NCBI GenBank assembly: GCA_963699545.1
Contig: CAVOUE010000006.1
Span: 320,001-384,000 of the forward strand
Direction of reading: 5' to 3'
DNA: 64,000 nucleotides
DNA from: Nitrospirota bacterium
Lineage (GTDB): Bacteria; Nitrospirota; Thermodesulfovibrionia; Thermodesulfovibrionales; UBA9159
The position numbers were made by a program, and so were the translations under genes. How positions within the stretch are numbered: the stretch's first letter is position 1; the number at the start of each line of letters is the position of its first letter. Positions 29,851-38,607 of this stretch are shown here, piece by piece. The notes beneath the pieces are model-generated. The model saw nothing but the letters and a program-made list of their open reading frames with translations. It had not been told where the DNA came from and made no database searches.

Positions 29851-31541
29851 CGTGAAACCACCAGCAGATTTCCCGGGATATCCTCCCTCGGCACATCAAG
29901 ATATGAAAGGGCGTTCTCCGCTATCTTCTGGAAGACAGGCGCAGCTACGACCCCTCCGTAGATCTGTCCCTTTGGCTCGTAAATGACCACGATCATCGCG
30001 ATCCTGGGACTGTCCGCAGGGACGAAACCCACAAAGGAGCTTATAAATTTTTCCGTTGAATACCTCTTTGTGCGCGGGTCCACCATCTGTGCTGTTCCGG
30101 TCTTGCCTGCCACATTGTTTCCGCTCACGGCAGCGCTCTTTGCTGTGCCGCCGTCCTCGGTAACCGTTTTCAGTATATCCCTGAAGGTCTCCGCCGTCTT
30201 CTGCGACAAAACCCTCTTTGTTTCACCGGAGAATGTCCAGACTGTCTTCCCGTCAGGGCTTACGATCGTCGAGACCACATGGGGTGTCACCAGAAGACCT
30301 CCGTTCGCAATGGCGGAATAGGCTCGTAATACCTGAAGGGGAGTTACCGCCACCTCCTGTCCAATGGGCACAGAGCCTATGGATACCCCGGACCATCTTT
30401 CCGGTGGCCTGATCAACCCTGACACCTCGCCGGGCAGGTCGATCCCAGTCTTCTCGCCGAAACCGAAGGCCTTCGCGTACTTGTAGATCCTCTCTTTCCC
30501 CAGCTTCATGCCCACCATCACCGAACCCACGTTGGACGACTTCTGGATCACTTCTTTGAATGTCAGGAGACCATGTTTATGGACGTCGTGTATCACCCGC
30601 CTGCCCACTTCGACCACCCCTCTGCTGCAATCAAAGGGCGTATTAAGAGATACCACCTTCTCTTCGAGCGCAGCGGTGCCGATGATGATCTTGAAGGTGG
30701 AACCGGGTTCATAACAGTCAGTGATGGCCCTGTTTCTCCTCTCAAAGGTCCTGCTCCCCGAGAGAGAGTTGGGATTGAATGAAGGTCTGTTCGCAAGGGC
30801 AAGGATATCCCCTGTGAGGGGGTCCATCATGATGGCGGCGGCGGCAGCGGCACGCCATTTCTCCATTGCTCTGTCCAGTTCCGTCTCGACCATGTACTGC
30901 AGCCCCTCGTCAATGGTCAGGACGAGATTATTCCCCTTTGATTCCATATCCACGCCCTGGGACAGTGTCCTGCCGCTGGCATCCCTGGAGAGCAGGACCT
31001 TTCTGCCGCTGGTGCTGAGGGTACTGTGGTACTGGAGTTCCACGCCCTCTATGCCCCTATTGTCGATATCCACAAAGCCGAGGATGTGAGATGCGAGATA
31101 CCCTTTGGGATAGAACCTCTTTGCGTCGGGAACAAAAGCCAGGCCCTTGATCTTCGTTTCCTTTATCTTCCGCGCCACGTCCGGTTCAAGCTTCCTGTCG
31201 AGCCAGACGAAACGACCCCCTGAGTTCAGCTTCGTGAAGATCGCCTGTGACGTTTTCCCGGTGAGGTCCGACAGGACATATGCGCTCTTCTCCGCTGAGG
31301 CGATCTCGGCCGGATCGCAGTAAAGGGACTCCAGCTCCAGATTCACCGCCATCTCCCTGCCGTGCCGGTCAAATATGGTTCCACGCCTGACCTGTACATC
31401 CTCCCCTTTCAGCTGCTGCATCCTCGCCCGCTCATTGAGCCGTTCATGATTCAGTATCATGATATCCGCAAGTCGCAGGAGTACGATGAAAAACCCGAAC
31501 CCGATGGCGGTATTCAGTATGATCGCCCTCTTTCTCATCAA
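29847..31541 (-). CDS. ftsI: Class B PBP, septal transpeptidase FtsI
   Basis: RGTIFDR, EPGSTFK, KSSNVG and AGKTGTAQ motifs. Confidence 0.96.
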   Translation of the reverse strand: MMRKRAIILNTAIGFGFFIVLLRLADIMILNHERLNERARMQQLKGEDVQVRRGTIFDRHGREMAVNLELESLYCDPAEIASAEKSAYVLSDLTGKTSQAIFTKLNSGGRFVWLDRKLEPDVARKIKETKIKGLAFVPDAKRFYPKGYLASHILGFVDIDNRGIEGVELQYHSTLSTSGRKVLLSRDASGRTLSQGVDMESKGNNLVLTIDEGLQYMVETELDRAMEKWRAAAAAAIMMDPLTGDILALANRPSFNPNSLSGSRTFERRNRAITDCYEPGSTFKIIIGTAALEEKVVSLNTPFDCSRGVVEVGRRVIHDVHKHGLLTFKEVIQKSSNVGSVMVGMKLGKERIYKYAKAFGFGEKTGIDLPGEVSGLIRPPERWSGVSIGSVPIGQEVAVTPLQVLRAYSAIANGGLLVTPHVVSTIVSPDGKTVWTFSGETKRVLSQKTAETFRDILKTVTEDGGTAKSAAVSGNNVAGKTGTAQMVDPRTKRYSTEKFISSFVGFVPADSPRIAMIVVIYEPKGQIYGGVVAAPVFQKIAENALSYLDVPREDIPGNLLVVSR

Positions 31542-31900
31542 TCAGCCAGGGCCTTCCTGCCATCCCGCCCCAACGGGATTTCGAGGGAAACCCTCTGAGG
31601 ACCCTGCGTTCTCTCCTTTACATACACCACCTTTTTCCTGTCCGGAAATACCAGGCCGATGTCACGGACTGCGGTCTTCTCCACCTTGTGCATCGACATC
31701 AGAGAAGCCTTTTCAGCCATGAGCATCTTCGCCTCCCTGAGCCTGTCCGCCTTCTTGTTCTCGAACTCACTGATGGTGTACTCCGCTGAGATGAAATTCG
31801 ATCTGAGCCAGACAATGCCAAAGAGACCGCACAGGAGAAAGGTGACGAACAGCGGCTTTATTATATATGATACCATACTTCTGCGATATACATTGGTCAT
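31538..31900 (-). CDS. ftsL: FtsL-like bitopic coiled-coil protein
   Basis: One TM plus heptad region, located between rsmH and ftsI. Confidence 0.75.
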   Translation of the reverse strand: MTNVYRRSMVSYIIKPLFVTFLLCGLFGIVWLRSNFISAEYTISEFENKKADRLREAKMLMAEKASLMSMHKVEKTAVRDIGLVFPDRKKVVYVKERTQGPQRVSLEIPLGRDGRKALAD

Positions 31901-32769
31901 AGTCTCTCCGCTCCTCTCAGCTTTGCGCTCCTCGCTGAAGGGTTCCGCCTGATCTCATCGTACGAGGGAGTGAGGGGTTTTTTTGTGAGTGTCAGCATCA
32001 CCCCTTGCCGGTCCGCATCCCTGATAAAGGTCTTCACTTCCCTGTCCTCTAAAGAGTGGTACGAGATCGCGCAGAGCCGCCCGCCCTTCCTCAGGAGACC
32101 TGCCGCAGCATTGAGCCCGCCGCGGATCTCGCCGATCTCATTATTCACCTCGATCCGCAGCGCCTGGAACGTCTTGGTGGCGGGATGATGTCTTCCCCGT
32201 CCCCGGTAGACAGTGAGTACGATCTCAGCAAGTTCCCTGCATGTGACAATCTTTTTCTTTGCCCTGTACGTTCTTATCGCCCGGGCGATCTTCGGAGCGA
32301 GCCTCTCTTCTCCATACTCCCTCAGTATCCTTCCCAGTTCCTTTTCAGGATACGTGTTCACCACATCTTCAGCCCTCAGTCCCTGTGACCTGTCCATCCT
32401 CATATCGAGCGCTTCATCTGAACTAAAGCTGAATCCCCTGCCGGGGTCCTTGAACTGCATCATCGAGACGCCGAAGTCGAAGAGGATCCCGTCCACCTCA
32501 CAAACGCCTTTTCCCCCAAGCACGTCTTTGAGATTGGAGAATCTCCCCTGGGCCAGAACAACCCTGCTGTCCCCCAGTCTTTCCTTTGCCATCTTCAATG
32601 CCTCATCGTCCCTGTCGATCCCGATAAGCCTTCCTCCCGGACCGATCAACTTGAGCAACTCTTCTGCATGACCCCCGAGACCCACCGTTGCATCCACATA
32701 TATTCCCCCTGGCTCCGGTTCCAGCACCCCCATCGCCTCCCTCACCATCACGGGGGGATGCACTGTCAT
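31897..32769 (-). CDS. rsmH: 16S rRNA m4C1402 methyltransferase
   Basis: DATVGLGGH, LDMRMD, FQALRIEVN, ISYHSLEDR and NPSARSAKLR motifs. Confidence 0.97.
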   Translation of the reverse strand: MTVHPPVMVREAMGVLEPEPGGIYVDATVGLGGHAEELLKLIGPGGRLIGIDRDDEALKMAKERLGDSRVVLAQGRFSNLKDVLGGKGVCEVDGILFDFGVSMMQFKDPGRGFSFSSDEALDMRMDRSQGLRAEDVVNTYPEKELGRILREYGEERLAPKIARAIRTYRAKKKIVTCRELAEIVLTVYRGRGRHHPATKTFQALRIEVNNEIGEIRGGLNAAAGLLRKGGRLCAISYHSLEDREVKTFIRDADRQGVMLTLTKKPLTPSYDEIRRNPSARSAKLRGAERL

Positions 32770-33222
32770 CTAAAGACCGTATGACGCCAGGCGTTCTTCT
32801 GCGGCCTTTCTGTCTATCTTCGAGATATCAATGACCGCTTCCCATGCTTTCCTGTCCCATATCTCGATCTTCTCGATCTGCCCCACAATGACCACTTCAC
32901 CGTCAATGCCGGCATCCTGCCTGTGCGCGGACGGGATGAGGATCCTTCCCTGCTTGTCAATAGGACATTCCTGAGCACACGCAATGACGCGCCTCATAAA
33001 GAGACGGACTTCTTCAAGCATCTTCGGAAGCTCTCTCACTTTTTCTTCAAGCCTTGACCATTCTTCGGAGGGATATATGTGGAGACAACTGTCCATGAAG
33101 GCATTGGTGATGTACAACTTTGGACTGTAACCGGAAGAAATGATCTCTCTGAAGGGAGCAGGTACCATGAGCCTGCCCTTTTCATCCACGGTGTAATAAT
33201 ATTTCCCAGAGAAAGCTGGCAT
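32770..33222 (-). CDS. mraZ: Transcriptional regulator MraZ
   Basis: Two DxKGR/DKQGR AbrB-like repeats; start at MPAFSG. Confidence 0.95.
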   Translation of the reverse strand: MPAFSGKYYYTVDEKGRLMVPAPFREIISSGYSPKLYITNAFMDSCLHIYPSEEWSRLEEKVRELPKMLEEVRLFMRRVIACAQECPIDKQGRILIPSAHRQDAGIDGEVVIVGQIEKIEIWDRKAWEAVIDISKIDRKAAEERLASYGL

Positions 33223-33227
33223 TTCCC

Positions 33228-33282
33228 CCCACTTTTTACCACAATTTACCACCAATATATAAGAAAGGGGCGTCCTTGTCAA
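33228..33282 (-). promoter_or_regulatory. dcw promoter and MraZ-binding direct repeats
   Basis: Minus strand TTGACA-N17-TATATT (33282-33254), then GTGGT-N5-GTGGT-N5-GTGGG (33252-33228), matching known MraZ operator spacing. Confidence 0.8.
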
Positions 33283-33457
33283 GGGAAAAATGAATATTTT
33301 TTGAGAGTTACAAGATATTGTGGGTCGGGTAACGCGTGTACACTATATATTCGTATCATGAGCCAAAAACCGCCAGATCACAAAATTCCTCCCGAAAATG
33401 CTTGAATGAGCCTGTCCGGAAACTCCAGTCCATCATTCCCCGGGCGCGCAAGACCCT

Positions 33458-33495
33458 TTGACTTTCAGGATAAAAAGTAATACAATGTATTACTT
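33458..33495 (+). promoter_or_regulatory. Sigma70 promoter with overlapping palindromic operator for the BrnT TA operon
   Basis: TTGACT-N17-TACAAT; AAGTAATACA-A-TGTATTACTT perfect inverted repeat (33475-33495). Confidence 0.8.
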
Positions 33496-33510
33496 AGAGG
33501 AGAGCTTCCA

Positions 33511-33783
33511 TTGAGGATAAGGGATTTTGAATGGGACGAGGGCAATGTCGTGCACCTTGAGCTGGGTCATGGCGTGAGGCCCGAGGAGGCGGAGGAAGTC
33601 TTTGCGTGTAAGCCGTTGTATCGAAAGACGAAGCAAGACCACTACGTTGCGATGGGACCGACGCATGAAGGCCGTTATCTCACCATTGTGTTCGCGTTGA
33701 AACGGGACGGCGCAGCAAGGGTTATTACGGGGTGGGACATGGATAGGGCTGAGATCAGGTACTGGCAGAAACGCCGGGGCTAA
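33511..33783 (+). CDS. brnT: BrnT family ribonuclease toxin
   Basis: FEWDEGN...HGV...EAEEVF...GPT..GRYL.IVF...RVITGWDM pattern; TTG start after GAGGAG. Confidence 0.85.
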   Translation: MRIRDFEWDEGNVVHLELGHGVRPEEAEEVFACKPLYRKTKQDHYVAMGPTHEGRYLTIVFALKRDGAARVITGWDMDRAEIRYWQKRRG

Positions 33784-33796
33784 GGCCCGGAAGGAG

Positions 33797-34096
33797 ATGA
33801 AGGGTATGAAGGTTAAGGCGGCAACGAAGAGGATGACAAACGAAGAATACTATGATAAGAGGGGTGTCCTCGACGAGATCGTTGAAGGGGACATAGCGAT
33901 CAGCCTCGACGAGGCCCTCGCCAGGGACATCGTGACGGGAAAGCGGAGGAGGAAGCTGCAAAACGTGACCATCAAGATCGACCCGCTGTATCTCATCTCG
34001 ATCAAGAAAGTCGCAACGAAAAAGGGTATTCCGTACCAAACGCTGGTGCGGCAGTGGGTCGCTGAAAAGATTCGGAAAGAGCTGAAAATTGCATAG
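33797..34096 (+). CDS. CopG/BrnA-type RHH antitoxin
   Basis: C-terminal VTIKID...IKKVATKKGIPYQTLVRQWV; directly downstream of brnT (alternative start 33806). Confidence 0.8.
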   Translation: MKGMKVKAATKRMTNEEYYDKRGVLDEIVEGDIAISLDEALARDIVTGKRRRKLQNVTIKIDPLYLISIKKVATKKGIPYQTLVRQWVAEKIRKELKIA

Positions 34097-35418
34097 AGCG
34101 GAGCAATCGCTTCCCTAGGGTTCAAGAGGGACGCGCCCCGTATGCCTATCATCAGATTCCTGCGGAGCGGGCAAAGCTAAAAAAGTCGATTGCTTTTGCA
34201 CAGATAGCGACTCACAATCACTTTGTATTTGACAAAGATGGCGCGGCCTTTAATGAAAAGGCGCCATTGATTAAGCTGGACAAAAGTGCTTCCGATGCTG
34301 ATCACCATTTACTGATGGGTTTCCTCAACTCGTCATCTGCACTCTTTTGGCTTCGCCAGGTTTGTTTCAGCAAGAGAGAGGCTGAAGTAGCTGAGAGCGG
34401 CACATATTATGAATTCGCCGGCGGCAAGGTTGAGCAATTGCCCGTGCCTGATGGGATCGCTCATTCCCTCGAAGGGAAGTCAGACAAGATATCCAACCGT
34501 CTTTCATTTCTCTCCGAGGAATGCTGGAAACGGGGCCAGAAGGTGCCTTCTCTTGGCATGAAAAAGCTTTTCGAAAAAAAAGGTGAGGCTTATGACAAAT
34601 GGAATCGCTCGTTGCCAGGGTACATTGCTCCTCATCCTTTGATCGCTGAGCCGTTTGCAGACGCTCCTTCACTCCAGGATGCGTATGCGAAAACGATCTC
34701 GGAACGTGAACTATTGCGTACTGAAATGATCGCGCTTCAGGAAGAAATGGACTGGCTTGTTTATGAGGCTTATGGTCTGATCGATAAGAAAGCAAAGTGC
34801 ACGATGGATTCGAATGAACTGCCCGAGCATTTGCCTCTAGGCCAGCGGCCCTTCGAGCTTTGGGCAGCGGCAGACGAAGATGTTGAAAAAGCGTGCGAGC
34901 TTATTCCGGCTGAATGGATCGCTTTGCGCCGGGAGCTCTGGAAGCAACGACTTGAAGTCATAAGAGACAACGAACATATCCGCAGGATAGAACAGCCTGT
35001 ATACAAGCGGCGGTGGTATCAGCCAGATTCTTATGAAAAACAGTTCACAAAAGCATTCGAATGGTGGCTCCTCGAAAAGGCCGAGTGGTGGCTTGAGAAC
35101 AAGAAAGCCGGCGGTCCTGTATCCCTTGAGGACTGGGCTGCGGCATTGTGGAAAGATGACAGGGTGCAAGCTGCTGCATCTGTTGTCGAAGGTAAGAGCC
35201 TCACCTTTGCCCTCTTCACCAAACTTTTCAAAAGTGTGATCAATTCCGAAACCGTCCCGGAAGGTATCCCCTTCGCAAAACCATGGGACGAACTCGAAGC
35301 CAAAGGGAAACTCCCGGCCAAGGTGAAAAACATCCGTGGCAAGCTCAACGTCCCCCGCGAACGCTTCCGCCTGCGCGGAAAAGACGAGTACCTCTGGGCT
35401 GGGTTAGATTGGAAATAG
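34097..35418 (+). pseudogene. pglX: 5'-truncated BREX-2/Pgl PglX adenine methyltransferase (C-terminal part only)
   Basis: Frame open from 34066: SIAFAQIATHNHFVF..APLIKL, GFLNSSSALFWLRQV, YEFAG, MIALQEEMDWLVY, IEQPVYKRRW and RGKLNVPRERF, which I recognise as PglX C-terminal motifs. No SAM-binding or NPPY motif; first possible start is TTG 34267. Confidence 0.75.
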
Positions 35419-35432
35419 TTTTTCCGTACTGC

Positions 35433-35461
35433 TTGACAAAAGTTAACTCATAGGTTAATTT
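35433..35461 (+). promoter_or_regulatory. Candidate promoter/operator of the TAC operon
   Basis: TTGACA at 35433; TTAAC-N6-GTTAA inverted repeat (35443-35458). Confidence 0.5.
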
Positions 35462-35830
35462 ATGATTGACAGCGAGATAATTTACCGGGGGAGATGCTTT
35501 ACCATATCTGGCATTACGGTCAAAGGCATTTGCCTCGTCCAAGAATTCATAGAGGGACTGAACGAACCGGACAAGCAGAAGGTGTTGGCGCTTCTGCAGC
35601 GGTCCGCTGATAATGGACCGCCGAAAAATAAGGAAAAGTTTAATCATCTTAAAGATAAGATATTCGAGTTTAAGTCATACCAGATGAGGCTTCTTTGTTT
35701 TTTTGCGACGGATAAAGTGATACTTCTCACTCATGGTTTTATAAAGAAGAAGGACAAGACCCCCAGGGAAGAGATTGAAAGGGCCAAGAGTTTGAAGGCC
35801 TCATATCAACGAAGGGAGAGAAAAAAATGA
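35462..35830 (+). CDS. higB: RelE/ParE superfamily toxin, Gp49/HigB type
   Basis: KIFEFKSYQMRLLCFF...ILLTHGFIKKKDKTPREEIERAK; toxin-first gene order. Confidence 0.88.
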   Translation: MIDSEIIYRGRCFTISGITVKGICLVQEFIEGLNEPDKQKVLALLQRSADNGPPKNKEKFNHLKDKIFEFKSYQMRLLCFFATDKVILLTHGFIKKKDKTPREEIERAKSLKASYQRRERKK

Positions 35831-36213
35831 AGACAGAACAGTGGTTCAACCGTTTGATTGACGAATACAGAGAGGACGCGGAGTTTCGGCTTGAGGGAAT
35901 AATCCTGGACTTTACCGAGAAGATTGTCGCTAAGATGGAAGAAAAAAAGGTCAGTCGGGCTGAACTCGCGAAAAGGCTTGGCGTTTCAAAGGCGTTCATA
36001 AGCAAGTTGCTCAATGGCAACCCGAACCTCACCATCAAGAGCATGATGTCCATCGCCGCTGCCCTCGGGTGCGACCTCAGCCTGGATATTTTCCCGAAAG
36101 GTTTTGAGGCGCGACATTTTTATGTCTGCACAAATAAAAATTTTGACGCAAGAAAATTTACGAAAGCGGTGAAGCCTATTATCGGGGAAGAAGTGAATGC
36201 AAGCGCTGCTTAA
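35827..36213 (+). CDS. higA: XRE-HTH antitoxin (HigA-like) with C-terminal extension
   Basis: VSRAELAKRLGVSKAFISKLLNGNPNLTIKSMMSIAAALG, plus a ~40-aa tail ending in AA; ATGA overlap with the toxin. Confidence 0.85.
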   Translation: MKTEQWFNRLIDEYREDAEFRLEGIILDFTEKIVAKMEEKKVSRAELAKRLGVSKAFISKLLNGNPNLTIKSMMSIAAALGCDLSLDIFPKGFEARHFYVCTNKNFDARKFTKAVKPIIGEEVNASAA

Positions 36214-36649
36214 CATAGACGACTACTTTGTCGAAGAGTTCTCAATAAGAACCAATCCGAATTACAAGAAGGCGGAGGCCGAACAAGGCGGTTTGGAAAT
36301 CTCTTTTGACATAAAGAGGAAAGGCACGGAACCCAGGTTTATGATCTTAATGCAGATAGACCTGAATAAATCAAAGAAGGCCTTTTCGTCCGCAGCATAT
36401 CAGATTTCGCTTAAGATCAGTGGTTTCTTCAGTTTTGTGGAGGGAACGCCTGAAGAAACAATGAACAAAATGATTGGACTCAATGGCTTGTCAATACTGT
36501 ATGGTGTCTCAAGAGGCATTGTAGCCCAGGCAACTGCGAATTGCCCTCACGGGAAGTTCATCCTGCCTTCCATGAATTTTGTGGTATTGTTGAAGAAGAA
36601 AGCTCAGGCGGTGGAACGACTGGCGCGTGCGCAGACGAAGAAGAAGTAA
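36197..36649 (+). CDS. SecB-like chaperone (third gene of a toxin-antitoxin-chaperone module)
   Basis: YQISLKISGFF strand and NGLSILYGVSRGIVAQATANCPHGKFILPSMNF, resembling the SecB C-terminal signature; overlaps the antitoxin. Confidence 0.8.
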   Translation: MQALLNIDDYFVEEFSIRTNPNYKKAEAEQGGLEISFDIKRKGTEPRFMILMQIDLNKSKKAFSSAAYQISLKISGFFSFVEGTPEETMNKMIGLNGLSILYGVSRGIVAQATANCPHGKFILPSMNFVVLLKKKAQAVERLARAQTKKK

Positions 36650-37002
36650 TCGCGGATAAAACAGGGACATCATCGTTTTAATCTGAGCATTCTCCTCTTC
36701 TTTCTGACAGCCTGAAAAACGGCGAGCAATTGACAATGAAGCAAAAAAATGATATGGCAAAGTGCTGGTCGGTGCTCGGTTTAGGCCATAAGGGGCCAGA
36801 CGGAACACCTGGTTATAAAAAGCGTTTACAACAACTGTAAACAAAAAGGCTGTCTATTACAATTTTATTTCTTTATTGCCTTTTCTGCGAACTCCGTGTT
36901 CTCTGCGGCTAAATTCACATCCTTCCCGGGGAATACCCTGCTTCAGGAATCTTCATGATGTCCCGGTGCTATAATGAAACTGTGGAGAGAGGAAATATCC
37001 CC

Positions 37003-37725
37003 GTGAAGAATCTGCGGCTGTTCATCCTCGCAGTCCTCCTGCCCCTCATGTTTCCTCCAGGCGCGTCATCGGAGGTGATCATCCATGACCTCATTGCTGC
37101 CCGCGGCAAGAAGATCACCATCAGTATAGAAACGAGAGGGAGGTTCTTCATCAAAGGGGGTGAGGTTGTTCAACTGTCCATCGACGGCAAATCGGTGGGA
37201 AACGTCCTTTCAGGGGGAGATGGCTTTGCCTTCAGACAGTTTACTCCGCAAAAGACCGGCATCCATCGGATCATCGCCAGGACAGGAACTGAGGAGGGAT
37301 CGGGACTGCTCATTTCGATGAAGCAGGGAACAGGGATAGTCTACGTGGACGTGGAAGGCAGTCTCCTGGAAGCGCCGTTCTCAATGAAACCAAGAAGTGG
37401 AAGCAAAGAAGGAATAGAGGAAATCGGCAGAAGGTATCCCGTGGTTCTACTCAGTTCGGAAAAAGCAAGTACAAAGACTCTTAAGGCATGGCTGAAAAAG
37501 AACGGATTCCCTGAGTTGCCTGTCGTCCCCTGGGACGGAGGGAAGATCTTCGAAGATAGCCATGAGAAGGGGCTTGCGATAAGGGCCATAATCGGGAGCC
37601 CTGACATCATCACATCCGCGAGGGAATACCGCCCCAGGGCATTCAGCTTCACGGAGGCAGAGGGAGCACGGGAGGTGAAGGACTGGGAAGAGATAAGAAG
37701 GGTTCTGCGGTCCGGCGGTTTTTGA
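37003..37725 (+). CDS. Exported protein: beta-sandwich domain plus degenerate HAD-like domain
   Basis: Signal peptide; VYVDVEGSL resembling HAD motif I; WLKKNGFPELP segment. GTG start after GAGAGG; TGCTATAAT at 36967. Confidence 0.6.
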   Translation: MKNLRLFILAVLLPLMFPPGASSEVIIHDLIAARGKKITISIETRGRFFIKGGEVVQLSIDGKSVGNVLSGGDGFAFRQFTPQKTGIHRIIARTGTEEGSGLLISMKQGTGIVYVDVEGSLLEAPFSMKPRSGSKEGIEEIGRRYPVVLLSSEKASTKTLKAWLKKNGFPELPVVPWDGGKIFEDSHEKGLAIRAIIGSPDIITSAREYRPRAFSFTEAEGAREVKDWEEIRRVLRSGGF

Positions 37726-37782
37726 CATTCATGGTTGCGACCTATATAATGCAAAAAATCCGATTGATCAGGAGAGGACCGC

Positions 37783-38583
37783 TTGAGAATAGGACGTGTG
37801 AGGATAGGCAGGATACGTTACGCAAATCTTTTCCCCATTTTTTACATGCTGGAGAGGAGCGCTGACCGTTCAGCATATGAGTTCGTTGACGGAGTGCCCT
37901 CCGTCGTGAACAGGCTTCTGCGGGAAGGGGATATCGCGATAAGCCCGTCTTCTTCCATAGAGTATCTCAGACACAGGGAGAAGTATACGTTTTTGGACGG
38001 CCACTCTATAAGTTCAGCGGGGCCGATTGGGAGCATCCTCCTCTTCAGCAGAAGGCCTATCGAGACCCTGGGTGGGTTGGTCGTCCTCGCTTCGTCCCAG
38101 TCCGAGACTTCAGTGGCACTTCTCGGGATCGTCCTGAAGAAATTCTACGACCTTGATTGCCCGGTGAGATCCACCTCGGAGCCCTTTGACAGGGCCATCG
38201 AACGTCATAGCGCATACCTCCTCATCGGTGACGATGCATTGAGGGAAGCTCTCAGGTGGCCGAAGCTTTATATGTATGACCTGGGAGACATCTGGTATAA
38301 GAACACCGGCCTGCCCTTTGTTTTTGCGCTCTGGATCGCGCGCAACGACTGGAGGAGGAAGGAGCCTGCGCTCTTTGAACGGTTCAGGCAGGACCTGGAT
38401 GCCGCCAAGATCAATGCCCTGAAGGATCTGCAGACCATCGCCAGGGAATCATCTCTCGTCAACCTGCTTTCCGTTGACGAGATCGTTTCTTACTGGAAAG
38501 CTATCTCCTACGAGCTCGACGACGAACATAAAAAAGGCCTCGAATTATTCCGGAAGTATACTGAGGAACTGAAGCTCCTTTAA
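37783..38583 (+). CDS. mqnA: Chorismate dehydratase (futalosine menaquinone pathway)
   Basis: IGRIRYANLFP, SSSIEY, ISSAGPIGSILL, SETSVAL, LLIGDDAL and DLGDIW..TGLPFVFALW motifs. Confidence 0.9.
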   Translation: MRIGRVRIGRIRYANLFPIFYMLERSADRSAYEFVDGVPSVVNRLLREGDIAISPSSSIEYLRHREKYTFLDGHSISSAGPIGSILLFSRRPIETLGGLVVLASSQSETSVALLGIVLKKFYDLDCPVRSTSEPFDRAIERHSAYLLIGDDALREALRWPKLYMYDLGDIWYKNTGLPFVFALWIARNDWRRKEPALFERFRQDLDAAKINALKDLQTIARESSLVNLLSVDEIVSYWKAISYELDDEHKKGLELFRKYTEELKLL

Positions 38584-38607
38584 ACAGCGCCTTTCAGCCG
38601 CGACGGG

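Noticed and set aside
33300-36950. Defence islet as a prophage or integrative element
   Set aside because: No integrase, transposase, tRNA target or flanking direct repeats seen.
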